Virus record (IMG/VR): IMGVR_UViG_2703718815_000003
Source: a virus
Taxonomy: Duplodnaviria > Heunggongvirae > Uroviricota > Caudoviricetes
Direction: 5' to 3' (one strand)
DNA: 64,000 bases
A program made the translations under genes and the position numbers. The notes beneath the pieces were generated by a model. It was not told where the DNA came from. It worked only from the letters and a program-made list of their open reading frames with translations, and made no database searches. Position 1 is the first letter of the stretch. Each line of letters starts with the position of its first letter. Shown in pieces: positions 1-11,200 of the stretch.

Positions 1-896
1 AGCCGCTGTTTTTGAGCCTGCCGCAGCCGAGGCGCTCTGTCCCGCTGCCGTTTCAGAAGACCTGGCGTTCGTCTCGGACGTTTTTGCCGCCTTCGCGGAA
101 TTTCCTGCCGCCGTTGCCGAGGAAGCGGCATTACTGGCGCTCGAGGCTGCGCTCGTTTCTGATGATTTCGCTGCCTCTTTTGAGGCCGCCGCATCCCGGG
201 CTGAGGTGGCAGCTTCTGACGCCTTCGTGGTCGCGGTGGATGCAGAAGTGGCTGCAGATTTTTGTGACGCTGCAGCATTCGTTTCAGATTTTTTCGCAGC
301 AGTTGCACTCGCACTTGCGGCACTTTGTGAGGATGCCGCAGCGGATGCACTTTGAGACGCTTGAGAGGCTTTTTCTCCAGCGGCATTGGCGCTTTTTGCT
401 GCTGCGGCAGCACTGGCCGCCGCCTCACGAGCTTTGTCGCCAGCAGCATCAATCGCGTCAGTGTTATTTTTATACCACTCAACGTTTTCGTTGTGCTCGT
501 TGACGATCTGCATTAGCGGCTTAACGGTCACTTCTGTACCGTCTTCACGCTCGATTGTCACCTCATCCAGCGCAGTCAACCAACTGCGTATGGACTTGGA
601 ATCAGCCGACATACGCGACATTAGCGCAGTAAAGCGCGCGCTAAACTGTGTTAAGTCGCCTTCATAGGTCGTAATGATTCGGCACGGAACTTCAGACTGA
701 GTTTCGCCGGTATAAGGTTCTGAGAGAACAATGTTCGTATCACTGGTTACGCGCTTGATCTCATACAGCTTATTGTCGGGGCCAATGACGATCATCCCCG
801 GCAACACACCATTAGCTGTTACGTTCCAGGCTGTCCCTGCCCCAACCAGAGTATTGCTGCCCTGTGTAAATGTGATAGTACCTTCCTTGTACCACA
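1..896 (-). CDS. tail fibre protein, partial (runs off window start)
   Basis: Hand translation of minus strand from ATG at 894-896 gives MWYKEGTITFTQGSNTLVGAGTAWNV... then Ala/Ser-rich low-complexity repeats; AAGGAG about 8 nt upstream. Absent from ORF track because no stop inside window. Confidence 0.55.
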
Positions 897-990
897 TGTT
901 GAATATGCTCCTTGATTTGGCGGGCTATCCTTGCCCGCCATTAAGTAAATACTTACCTATTTTTACCGATATAAAATTTTTTTTCCACCA

Positions 991-3900
991 TCACAGACGG
1001 CCAATTCTTACTCGTAAGACGTTGTTATCGTCATAAACGTCAATCCGCTGACCATTTATAACCAATCGCCCATTGCCGCCGCTATTACCGTTGATCTCAA
1101 GCGTTCCATTTTTGCCGAACCGCCATCCAGATCTACCGCTAACAAAATTGGTAGATTGCAGATCGCCTACTTTTGCATTGGTGATTGTGCCATCCTTGAT
1201 ATACGCTCCATTCATATAGGCGATACTGTTTTCGATAACAAATGGCGTTGTGATCTTCCCGTTAACAGAGTTGACCAAACCAAACCTGTCCGCCTGAACC
1301 AAAAACTGAGATAGCCCAGTGGTGTCAATACCAAGCGCAATACCGGCAACATACTTCTGCCCTCCGCTCGTTGAAGTCTCCATTTTCAACGTCCACGCGG
1401 TTGACACTTTTTTGTTGGTATCAGCAATAGCTGTTGCCTGCTGTTGAATTGTCGCGGTATTTCCATTCACCTCTGCTTTCAGAGTATCGATTCGCCCACT
1501 CAGAGCATTATCTGCCTGCGTTCTCGCTTTCGTTTCAGTTGTGACCGCCGCGGAAATGTTGGCTGCCGTTTGAGACTCTAAGTTTGTGATTTGAGTCGCC
1601 AATGCAGCATCTTGCTCTGTACGCGTTTTCGTTTCGGTTGCTACAGCAGCTTTAATATCCTCTTTGTATTGAGAGGTCAGCTTGGTGATCTGAGACGACA
1701 ACGCCGAGTCAGCATCAGTTCGAGCCTGCGTTTCAACTGCAACGGCCGCACTAATATCTTTCGCTGTCTGTGCTTTTAAACTTGAAACCTCTTTTGTTAA
1801 AGCGGTATCACCATCTGCACGAGCCGTTGTTTCTCTGGCAAGAGACGCCTTGAGATCATTAGCTTTTGCTGTAAGAGACGTAATCTGGGTAGACAATGCA
1901 CTATCGGCATCAGTCCTTGCTTTTGTCTCTACAGCAACCGCTGCGGCAATATCAGTTCCGGTTTGTGCTCGCAGGCTGTTAATTTCTCGTGAGAGCGCCT
2001 GGTCAGCACTTGCTCTGGCCTCCTGCTCCTGAGTGATGGCAGCGGATATATCACCGTCAACCTTTGACTGAAGCTGGTTTATTTGTTTGGCTAACGCAGA
2101 GTCCCCGCTTGCTCGGGCCTCCTGCTCACTACGTATTGCAGCAGAAATATCATCATCAACCTTTGCCTGAAGTTGGGTGATCTGGCTTGCCAGAGCCGAA
2201 TCTTCCGTTGCTCGGGCTTCTTGCTCTTCCTTAATAGCTGCGACGATATCGTTGCTTACTTTCGACTCAAGCTGAGTGATCTGTGTCGTCAGAGCTTCAT
2301 CGGCAGATGTACGAGCCTCCTGCTCTGTACTAATCGCCGCGCTGATATCTCCTTCAAACTTAGATTGCAGCTGAGTGACACGCTTTGCCAACGCTTCATC
2401 GCCATCGGCACGAGCGGTGGACTCTTCCAGAATACTGGCCTTAATGTCTTCGCCAATTTCTACGCGAATTTCCTCAACCTTCGTGGCCATTGCAGACATA
2501 TCATCAGCAAAGGTTTTCTGTGTTGTTGCGATCTTCGCGTTATTGACCATCTGCTTGTGCTGGTCTTCATCTTGACGAAGAGCCAGGTCAATATTTGTTT
2601 TGGCTAACGCCTCAATGTTCGTAGTCAGTTCTGCACTGGCACGATCGACCTCTGCAACCGTCTTTTTCATTTCTTCAACGGCAGCGGAGCTTTCCTCTAC
2701 CGTTGACTGCAACACTTCCAGTTGTTTAGCGTTTGCAGCATCGCCTTCAACACGAGCCTCGCTTTCCTTAGCAATAAGAGCCGCCGCTTCATCTCTTGCA
2801 GCCTTTATTGCCTCGACTGTATTAGCGAGAGCTTTATCGTGTTCAGATACGGTGTTTTCGATTTCAACAATTGCAGCATCAGTAGCATCAATTTTTTCAA
2901 ACGCTTCATTGACCTTGTCGATCGTTGCCGAAACCTCACCTTTAAGCTCGGTTTGTGCGTTCTCCAAAGCATCGCTACGCTCGTTGAATTTTATTTCAAA
3001 ATCCGCGAGGTTATCGCTGAACTGCTTATCTAATTCAGCTATATCTTCCTTAACGTCGTTTACCGCCCCCTCCAAAGATTCGACGCTCTGGTTGATATGC
3101 TCATTTAACTCGTCAACTGCTTCTTGAGAGGCTTTGCTGTTGATGTCCTCAAGCAGAGCCTGACCAAGCTCGGAAGATGTAATTTTGCCAGTCAGGAACG
3201 ACAGTACATCGCGAGTTGTCGCCTCTGTACCCAAGTTTGAGTTCGGAGGACTTAACATACCTCGCTTGTTCGATGCTCGAACCCAGTAATACCACGTTTC
3301 GCTATCCCCAAGACCAGCATGTGTAAAGGTGGTGCTTGCAGACTCTGCGATCAGTTTCGCCGTATCCAGATTGTTGGTCTGGGATGCGTAAACATTAATG
3401 TGATCAAGGTCTACCGAATCTGGATTAACCCAATTCAGTATCACATTACGATAGTCTCCAACGGCCGTTAATGACGTTGGGGAATCCGGCGGTGTCATTG
3501 TGCCCAACACCTGATAAACGGCACTGATAATCTCTGTTTTTTTACCGTTGAATGAAACCGCATACAGCTGGAAGTCGTAGCGTCCATTCTCCGCGACATT
3601 AACGATTTCGTATTGCTCTTCGGTTACACGCGCCGATTGCCAGTTCGATACATTGTTTTCATCAGAACGTCGCCAACTGATCCAATACTCTGGAGATTTC
3701 CCTTCCCATGTTGCAGTCAGTTTTACTGACAGGTTGCCCGGGCTTGAGAGATAAGTCCCTTCAGTGATTTGCAGATTAGATGGCTTGGAGTAAGTTGGGT
3801 CCAATACCGTCGTATTCTGCGGGATCAGCGTTGCACCATTGTCGATTGCCTCATATTTAGACGGATTGTTCTCAACAGCGGTGATGTCAAAGCTACCCGG

Positions 3901-5718
3901 CGTTTCCCCCTGCGCGATGTTAACGATGCGAACGCGCATAGGTTCGAGGTCTGGTTCTGTAATAGTCCAGACGCCGTTCAAAACAGGCGTTTCAGCCGAA
4001 GACAGGGCTTTTGAAAACGTAACTTTTGTTATATTTTCGCCAGTTTCAAGAACATCGCGTTCAACGATTTTGCCTTCCTGATTCAGTATTCGAATAAAGC
4101 AGCCGCCTTTGGCTAACGACACAGGCGCATCGAGTGTGACGCTGTTTTTGGTAAACGCCACAATTCGACCTGAGTTACGTTTGCCTGCGCGATATTTGTT
4201 CTGAATCAGAACGGTTTCACCAGGCATCAGAAATGACGCGTCTAAGCCGGCAGTAAATGTAATTACATCCGACTCCATTCTGGCGGTATATAAAAGCCAC
4301 AAACCAACTCGGTGAGCCTGCCCTCGGCTTGTACAGCCAAATGCTACGACTTCTGTCTTACGTTCACCATAACGGCGCATTGCGTCCTGATCTTCAACGT
4401 ACTCGATGTTTTGCTTATAACCGTCCTCCTTGTTGTTGTAGGTTACGAGCGCAACGGATGGGCGATCTTTACGCGCAGAACCTTTATAGGTAAACAATCC
4501 ATCTTTGACGTTAGAGTTGGTAAACATCATTACCGGATCTGATGGGCTATCCTGCATGATGTTAACCATGCCACCAGCCCAAAACACCATACCGCGGAAT
4601 GCACCGGCAATATCCTGAATTAATCGGTATGCGTCCTGTCGACTGGTGATCTGCGTATTGATTGCAAAGCGTTTCTCTTTGCCACCAAAGCCATCATCGA
4701 CCTCTTCGTCACAATATCGACCAATCTGGTACAACTGGCCAAGGTCAATCATAGATTCCGACACATACTGACCAAGGCCATATCGAGCATTGGTCAGCAA
4801 ATCAAAGAGAATCCACGCGGGGTTTGAAGAAGACAACAGCTTAAAAGTGCCATCCCATACACCATCATAAGTGTTGCTGGCCTCGTTGTAGTTTGACGGC
4901 ACGCGAATTTTTAATCCACGTACCAAATACGAACGAGATGGCATGGTGCTACCAAACTGCTCAGAATTAACCTTCAGACCCACCAGCACAGAGTTTGGGT
5001 AGTTCATCGGTGTATCTACAATCTCACCTATTGAGTCCACCCATGTATCGTTATAGAGATACTGGCTGCTGTTATCATCGGTAATACGGACTACACGAAC
5101 CTTGTACGCGCGTCCAGGCTTAGGCAGCTTCAGCTCATAGCTACGGTAATAAACACCTGTCTTCTTTGCTGTTAGCTTAATGCCAACGCTTTTTTCACCT
5201 TCTGCGACCACATCTACAAATGTTGAGTCGCCATTTGCTATCTGGAACTTGTACTCAACAGTCGTACCGTTCGTGTCACCAGTTTTTTTATCTATGCTTC
5301 GCAAAGAAGGAAACTTCATGATGACACGAACCCGATCAGCTTCATCGTTATCGATTGAAACCGTTACATAATGTGTTTTTTTTAACTGGATATTGACGGA
5401 TTTAGGCGTTTCAACGAAATCAAAGCCAGACATTGGAGTCTGGTCTTGTGAACCGTCGCGAAAATCCCATGTGATTCCGCTGAAGTTGGAGGAACCGTCT
5501 TCATTTACAATCGGCAGATCGTCGATAAAAATAGATCTTGCGCCATTTACTAAGCCGCCAATTACCCCTTCCCCAAGAAGATCGAGGATAGCGGCCATTG
5601 CACGAGAATTTACGGTATCGTCGGCTTCAACCGGTGTACGGCTGGAGCTTTTGCTGCTTTTTTTACCACCCGCACCGGCAATAAACAGCGGTAGCTTTTT
5701 CTTCTTGAACTGTTCCAT
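991..5718 (-). CDS. central tail fibre / host specificity protein (lambda gpJ-like)
   Basis: About 1575 aa; position after I-like gene; long coiled-coil repeat region and distinct C-terminal domain. ORF-track start at 5724 is TTG; first ATG at 5716-5718 has AAGGA upstream. Confidence 0.8.
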   Translation of the reverse strand: MEQFKKKKLPLFIAGAGGKKSSKSSSRTPVEADDTVNSRAMAAILDLLGEGVIGGLVNGARSIFIDDLPIVNEDGSSNFSGITWDFRDGSQDQTPMSGFDFVETPKSVNIQLKKTHYVTVSIDNDEADRVRVIMKFPSLRSIDKKTGDTNGTTVEYKFQIANGDSTFVDVVAEGEKSVGIKLTAKKTGVYYRSYELKLPKPGRAYKVRVVRITDDNSSQYLYNDTWVDSIGEIVDTPMNYPNSVLVGLKVNSEQFGSTMPSRSYLVRGLKIRVPSNYNEASNTYDGVWDGTFKLLSSSNPAWILFDLLTNARYGLGQYVSESMIDLGQLYQIGRYCDEEVDDGFGGKEKRFAINTQITSRQDAYRLIQDIAGAFRGMVFWAGGMVNIMQDSPSDPVMMFTNSNVKDGLFTYKGSARKDRPSVALVTYNNKEDGYKQNIEYVEDQDAMRRYGERKTEVVAFGCTSRGQAHRVGLWLLYTARMESDVITFTAGLDASFLMPGETVLIQNKYRAGKRNSGRIVAFTKNSVTLDAPVSLAKGGCFIRILNQEGKIVERDVLETGENITKVTFSKALSSAETPVLNGVWTITEPDLEPMRVRIVNIAQGETPGSFDITAVENNPSKYEAIDNGATLIPQNTTVLDPTYSKPSNLQITEGTYLSSPGNLSVKLTATWEGKSPEYWISWRRSDENNVSNWQSARVTEEQYEIVNVAENGRYDFQLYAVSFNGKKTEIISAVYQVLGTMTPPDSPTSLTAVGDYRNVILNWVNPDSVDLDHINVYASQTNNLDTAKLIAESASTTFTHAGLGDSETWYYWVRASNKRGMLSPPNSNLGTEATTRDVLSFLTGKITSSELGQALLEDINSKASQEAVDELNEHINQSVESLEGAVNDVKEDIAELDKQFSDNLADFEIKFNERSDALENAQTELKGEVSATIDKVNEAFEKIDATDAAIVEIENTVSEHDKALANTVEAIKAARDEAAALIAKESEARVEGDAANAKQLEVLQSTVEESSAAVEEMKKTVAEVDRASAELTTNIEALAKTNIDLALRQDEDQHKQMVNNAKIATTQKTFADDMSAMATKVEEIRVEIGEDIKASILEESTARADGDEALAKRVTQLQSKFEGDISAAISTEQEARTSADEALTTQITQLESKVSNDIVAAIKEEQEARATEDSALASQITQLQAKVDDDISAAIRSEQEARASGDSALAKQINQLQSKVDGDISAAITQEQEARASADQALSREINSLRAQTGTDIAAAVAVETKARTDADSALSTQITSLTAKANDLKASLARETTARADGDTALTKEVSSLKAQTAKDISAAVAVETQARTDADSALSSQITKLTSQYKEDIKAAVATETKTRTEQDAALATQITNLESQTAANISAAVTTETKARTQADNALSGRIDTLKAEVNGNTATIQQQATAIADTNKKVSTAWTLKMETSTSGGQKYVAGIALGIDTTGLSQFLVQADRFGLVNSVNGKITTPFVIENSIAYMNGAYIKDGTITNAKVGDLQSTNFVSGRSGWRFGKNGTLEINGNSGGNGRLVINGQRIDVYDDNNVLRVRIGRL
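1480..2450 (-). repeat. intragenic tandem repeats of about 100 bp (about 34-aa coiled-coil units) inside J-like gene
   Basis: Recurring DNA units (e.g. gctcgggcctcctgctc about every 100 bp) and protein units DISAAI..EQEARA..D.AL..QI..L. Confidence 0.6.
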
Positions 5719-5735
5719 GTTCAAAAAATCCTTGT

Positions 5736-6329
5736 TTACATTAGCTGGTCAATCGTGATTGAAGAACTCACAACCTGTGAGCCAACCAGAATTTCCTCGC
5801 CATAGATAAGTTGTACTGGGTTGCCCTGGTTTTCTGTATTTTGAGGGCCGTCGAAATAATAAGAGTTCGAGTTATCTGCCTGTCTCACACTTTCGTTAGT
5901 GGCTTGCGGCGATATGATTTGTGATATGCCGCCCATCATCAGTGACAAACCGAGAGGTGCTAAAGCAGGCATCACTACCGCCGATACAACCAACAAAGCG
6001 GCCCCTACTACCGTCTGAAACCACCCAAAAGCAGATCCACCGCTTCCTCGCGGAACAGGTGTAATGCGGATTTTGGCAATGTTGTCAGACTGCCCCATCA
6101 TCTGATATTCACTTTCGTCAACAGACCACTTGTGGCCCTGTTTATTGGTGATCTGGATGTGGTAACGGTCATAGGTTTTGATATTGCGCTTCATCCATGC
6201 TTTAAACCCAGGCTTGTTGGCCTCAATTAAATCCAGAGCCTGTTTTGTATTGCGCACCTTTAGATGCCAGTGGCGGCCAAAATGTTTGGCCATAGGGCCG
6301 CCAAGCTGCACATGAACTAACTCAGACAC
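5736..6329 (-). CDS. tail assembly protein (lambda gpI-like)
   Basis: 197 aa; hydrophobic central segment, Gly/Pro-rich C-terminus; position between K-like and J-like genes. Confidence 0.55.
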   Translation of the reverse strand: MSELVHVQLGGPMAKHFGRHWHLKVRNTKQALDLIEANKPGFKAWMKRNIKTYDRYHIQITNKQGHKWSVDESEYQMMGQSDNIAKIRITPVPRGSGGSAFGWFQTVVGAALLVVSAVVMPALAPLGLSLMMGGISQIISPQATNESVRQADNSNSYYFDGPQNTENQGNPVQLIYGEEILVGSQVVSSSITIDQLM

Positions 6330-7141
6330 GTCTCATCTCCCTTGAGCAAGTCTCTGTGACGCAAGTGATGCGTCGTATGTTTCTGATACATTCCGCCGTA
6401 ATAAGCACGACAACTAAGACGGTCGATCTGGTGATGAAGAATCATTCCATCGCCGATATAAACCGCGCAGTGATCTGGCATTTTCCCGTATTGAATAAAG
6501 AAGACGTCCCCACGTTGAGGCTCTGTTCCAGGTGCAAGCCGTACCAATCCCTCGTTTCGGTAGTTCTGGTCGAGAATGTCGTTATCGCCGGTGTACCACG
6601 ATGGAATATGCAGGTGTGCGTTCGGGTTAAGCTCGACGTTAAACTCACGCTTCAAATAGTCCCGACACAACATCCAGCAATCGAATACGCCAAATACATA
6701 CGGTCTACCCAGGTATGGCATTTCGAAACCATCAGGTGTGATCACATTCATCTCGCTAAAATGGAAAGGGGCATCTCCCTCAACATTCTTGCGAATAGCC
6801 AGAATCATCCACGGAACTTCCGTCGCTTCACAGCCTGCACGATCGGCATCAGATGCTTCTGCTGATTCATCAGTATGTGAATGCCAGATTGCGATTACGT
6901 CACCTGCATCCTCTGCCGCCATAATGTCGTCAACGTGCATTACAAAAGTGTTCTGCGGGTTCTCCGAAACATTTCGCGCTTCCATAAAGCGATATTTGTC
7001 GCCATTAGTTCTCACCAGAAAGCCACACGCTTCATTAGGGTAGCGATTTATGGCGCAGAGATAGATTTGCTGCATAACATCAGAGCCAAGCTCAGGGATT
7101 GCTTTATTACCCATATCGCGTAGCTCCAATAAACCCGCCAA
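6317..7141 (-). CDS. tail tip assembly protein (lambda gpK-like; MPN/JAMM + NlpC/P60)
   Basis: JAMM-like HSHTD...S..D motif followed by NlpC/P60-like Cys...His region; domain order as in lambda K. Confidence 0.7.
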   Translation of the reverse strand: MAGLLELRDMGNKAIPELGSDVMQQIYLCAINRYPNEACGFLVRTNGDKYRFMEARNVSENPQNTFVMHVDDIMAAEDAGDVIAIWHSHTDESAEASDADRAGCEATEVPWMILAIRKNVEGDAPFHFSEMNVITPDGFEMPYLGRPYVFGVFDCWMLCRDYLKREFNVELNPNAHLHIPSWYTGDNDILDQNYRNEGLVRLAPGTEPQRGDVFFIQYGKMPDHCAVYIGDGMILHHQIDRLSCRAYYGGMYQKHTTHHLRHRDLLKGDETCLS

Positions 7142-7805
7142 AATGGATCACTCCGTTGGCAAAATAATTCCGACGCGCATTACAGGCGTCATAACGTTTT
7201 GTGCAGTAATCAGCACCAGACATAGACGTCTGCTGGTTATTTTTGTCGAAATATGGACCGGTATAGCCGCATTCTGGCCCTCGGTATTTCCACGGGCAGG
7301 TGTTTTTAATGATCTGACGATACGGCAGTTGCACCCCCATCAAATCGAACACACTGGACAATTCAAACTCGACAACCTGATGAGTTTCGAGAGTTTTCTG
7401 TTCGATAAACCACATTTCATCCGGGAAATGTTGGTTTGGATCTGCTGTTGGGTTGCCGTCTTTAAAATTAACGGCATCGAGGAAGCGAGCCAGCGTCATC
7501 TTGCGAATAATGCGGCAGCCAACAAGATCGTCGTTCGCCTGAACTTCCGCAGAGACGGTTCCGGCAAAGTTCGATACCTGAATTTTTGGACGTGGCAACG
7601 TTCCCTGGCCAGTTTTGTCAAAGCCTGATGCTTTGATTGGCCACGGCTCGTATGTCACTCCTTGCCAGACGACAGGTTGCATCAGTTCGTTTGTTCCGGC
7701 GTGGAAGAATAACTTCCCCCCTGAAGTTGTGTTCGACATATCCAGTACGAACAACTCAATGAGTGCAGAGGGAGATAAGCTCTGAATATCAGCTTTAATT
7801 CCCAT
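7107..7805 (-). CDS. minor tail protein (lambda gpL-like)
   Basis: Conserved C-terminal Cys cluster (C..C......C); start moved to ATG at 7803-7805 with AAGGATG upstream (track start is non-ATG). Confidence 0.65.
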   Translation of the reverse strand: MGIKADIQSLSPSALIELFVLDMSNTTSGGKLFFHAGTNELMQPVVWQGVTYEPWPIKASGFDKTGQGTLPRPKIQVSNFAGTVSAEVQANDDLVGCRIIRKMTLARFLDAVNFKDGNPTADPNQHFPDEMWFIEQKTLETHQVVEFELSSVFDLMGVQLPYRQIIKNTCPWKYRGPECGYTGPYFDKNNQQTSMSGADYCTKRYDACNARRNYFANGVIHFGGFIGATRYG

Positions 7806-7887
7806 TGTTTCATCCTTGAAATAAGTAGGCGCTAACATCCTGTCAGCGCCACAATGATAGTAAATTAGTACTTACTTATCTAGATAC

Positions 7888-8223
7888 TTAAGCCTCAAAT
7901 ACTTGTCTGAATGTAGCTGTTAAGACACAGTACCCCTGATATCGCTTGACCGTATGACTGTCACATACAACTACAATCCGTTTTCCTCTTGGATTAACCC
8001 AATAGAACGACTCAACGCCTGCTCGCTCAGTCAGGAAGTCATCGATTGCATTAATTTCGTTGTATGATCTGGTAAGGGTTAACGACCATTCTTCTTTAAT
8101 ACGATTAAGACCTTGAGCCTGTCGCTGCTCGTAGTCATCACCAAAATTAAGTACCGTTACATTCGGTTTTACGCTTTTTTCAGATTCGTAATCTGGATAC
8201 CAATTAAACGTTTGTCTTTCCAT
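7888..8223 (-). CDS. minor tail protein (lambda gpM-like)
   Basis: 111 aa, immediately downstream of tape measure, upstream of L-like gene. Confidence 0.5.
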   Translation of the reverse strand: MERQTFNWYPDYESEKSVKPNVTVLNFGDDYEQRQAQGLNRIKEEWSLTLTRSYNEINAIDDFLTERAGVESFYWVNPRGKRIVVVCDSHTVKRYQGYCVLTATFRQVFEA

Positions 8224-8240
8224 CTCACATCCTTGTGAGA

Positions 8241-8258
8241 CTGCCCCGGTCGGGGCAG
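8241..8258 (-). other. GC-rich hairpin between tape measure and M-like gene
   Basis: ctgccccg gt cggggcag; no T-run, so not a canonical terminator. Confidence 0.3.
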
Positions 8259-8265
8259 TCGATAG

Positions 8266-11200
8266 TTAGTTACGTTGAGTGTTTGGGTTGAGTGATCCGC
8301 CAGGGCGTTTCTCTTGAGCGATAGTCTCAAGCGCGATTGCTTTCATCCGTTGAGCGGCATTGTTCCATATGCTTTCTGTATCGCCGGATTCAGTTGTGCT
8401 ACCGTCACTATGGACGTTGATCTCAATTGATACCGGAGAAAGAACATTTCCTCCTCCACTCATACCATCGGTACTGAGCGTTACAGGGATTGTTCGACCA
8501 TCAGGCAATGGAACATACGCCTCATTCATATCGCCTTCCCCAAACAACGCCAATTGAGGTGAGTTGGCGATACCGCCTTTCTGGTATGCCCGGAGCGGGA
8601 TCACGCCGTCTTTTCCGAATATGCCACCATTTGCAAAATTCGGAATTGCAGGAATACCATTCGTGCCATCGGCAGCAGAACTGGTCAGATTGTTGAACCC
8701 GGAAGTTGAGCCAGAAGAACCGGACATCAATCCATCGAATCCACCACCAGCCCATACTGAAACCAACCCAGATGCAACTGTCGCGCCGAAATTCAACCAC
8801 TTATTACCAGAGCCGGAAGCATTAGCTCCAAGCATTGCAAACGCGGCAGACAGAGCACCGGTAACAGAGCTGAGGTTCTGCATCGAGAAGATGGAATCCT
8901 TCACTGCTTTTGTCTCAGCATCTTTGGCTTCGGTGCTATCAAATAGCCCTGATACCCAGCTACCAATCGCATTTGTTGCTGTGCCAATTGCGCTGGTGGT
9001 CTGCTGTGTCGTTTGCCCCAATCCAGTTACCGAACTGGACGTCTCCTTCGTGGCTTCTCCTACCGACTTGTCGCCGTTAACAGTGTTGCCCATTCGTACC
9101 CCTTGATTGGCAACGGCGGAAGCAACCCCGGTCAGCAAATTACCACTCTGTGAACTACCAGCTGCGGTGGTTCCCATCCCCAACATGTTCATTAGAGGCA
9201 GCGTGATCTGCGACTTCACGACCATATTGGTGATATCTTTCAAAATGGACTGAGATAGGCTGGAGAAGCTCATCTTCCCGTTAATAACGAAATCAGTCAG
9301 GACATCAGTTAAGCCACTAAACAAATCAGTCCAGGTGCTTTCGATCTGCTCTGCCAGGTTTTCGTATTCCAGTGCCAACTTCTGCGTCGCAGTCCCTGTC
9401 TCTTTAATGAGCGCGGTATTGCCAGCAGCAATAAGTTGATTGATTTTCTTTGTATAAAGCGCCACGACTTTAGGATCAGACGCCTTATCACGAAGTTCTA
9501 TCAACGCTTTGAGATTGCGGTTGTAGGTGTCTTCGAAATCAGCAACTTTCTCTTCGCGAGACGGCGTATAGCCAGCACTAATAATGGAATCCGCCTCCGG
9601 TGCCCAAGTGGAGATCATCTGCTCAACATTGCGGCGATTAAACATCTCGCGATATTCAGGTGTCGCATTTTTGAGGTCTTCAAGACGTTTTTTCGCCTTG
9701 TCGATCATCTCTTGAGTGATGAACTCGTTAGGAACCGCATTAGCCAAATCTGTCAGCGATTTCGTTGTATCGCGAAGAGACTGATCAAACGATACCGTAG
9801 CCTTAGAGCTTTCACCCATTTGCCCCATAAGCTGATCGGCTTTGTCCAGAGCCTTCTGGTATCCGGCTGCCAGTTTCTGTTGCGCTGCCTGTTCCTTCTT
9901 GGCCGCACGCTGCGAGGCGTTAGCTGATCGTTGGGCTGCTTTCTCGGCTGCTGCTGCATCCTGTTCACGAGCTTTAGTCAGTGCGGCAATGGCTGCGGCA
10001 CGCTCTTCATCGCTCATTTTCTCCAGAGAGCTGGCGCTGGATGCTTTCTGCAAATTAAGCTGCGTCTTGAGTTGTTTAGGCCCAATAATCGGCTTACCTT
10101 CGAAGTCCATCATCGGAGTGCCGTCAGGCAAAGTACGTTGATAAGTCGCAGAATCCATCTGGTTTCGCATATATTGCGCCAGCGCCTTCTGAGCTGCTTT
10201 ATCAGTTGTACCTAACCCAAGAACAGTCCCCTGGTTTGACATTACGCCCTTACCAGTTTTGGCCGCGTTATCTCTCTCGAACTCTGCCTGAGTCAGTTCC
10301 TGAGCAACGGTTTCCAAATGCTCCTGATAACCACGAATACTGCCTTGAAGTTTCTGGATCTGCTCGGTATTTCCATCTTTTTTGGCTTTTTCAAGCTGAT
10401 CATTAAGAGTCGCTATTTGCTTCTCGGTCGCATTCTTACGAGAAGAAAGTGAATCAACCAGTTTTTGCGCAGGCTCCAGATAGCTTTTGTTTACCGTTTC
10501 ACGTAACGGTGCCAATAGTTTGTTCTTTTCGTCATCAGAAAGTGAATCGTCATCATTGATTTTTTGGATCTTCTCCAGAGCCTCTTGACGAGCTTTAGCG
10601 AATGTTGCCGCAAAGTCTCTATTCTCTTCCCGTATTTTCTCTATCTGTGATTCTGCCGCATCTTTTGCAAGACGTTTGGCTACAGCAATGTCTCCGCGTT
10701 CAATTGCCCCAGTAGTTTTATCGCGTTTCTTACGAAGGTCATTTAGCTCATTTTCTATACGCTTACGTTCATCCTGATTAATCTTTACTGTAGTTCCGGC
10801 CATACCCGGCCCATAAACCACCTTTTCGCCAGATTTTAACTCTTGTTCCTTTTGCGTGATTTGTTGCTCAAGACGCGCTTTATACTCCGCCATCTGTGCA
10901 CGTTTGGCCGCTGTCATCGCTTCTGGTATTTTCCTAATCTCGTCAACGACCTTTGAAGTTTCGCTGCGGAGCATGGTCATGTACGTGATTAGGCCAGCAA
11001 CAGCTACAGTGGCAACTGTAAATGCTGCCCCTATAGGGTTTGCTGCAATGAACGCCGTTAATCCAGCAAAAGCGCCTTTAAGCCCCGTAATCTCCCCACG
11101 GATGGCGAAAATAAGAGAGGGGATCGGAGCCAGCCCCATACGTGCCGCACGATTGAATCGAGTTACTGCTGTAGCGCCGAGGTTAAATGGAGTCTGTATG

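Noticed and set aside
12-1036. Plus-strand ORFs 12-503, 386-667, 731-1036
   Set aside because: Arg/Pro-rich translations; the minus strand here encodes a tail fibre with a strong RBS, so these are treated as shadow ORFs.
1591-3127. Several plus-strand ORFs (60-175 aa)
   Set aside because: All lie antisense to the repetitive coiled-coil region of the J-like gene; Ser/Ala/Cys-rich low-complexity translations are typical of antisense shadows.
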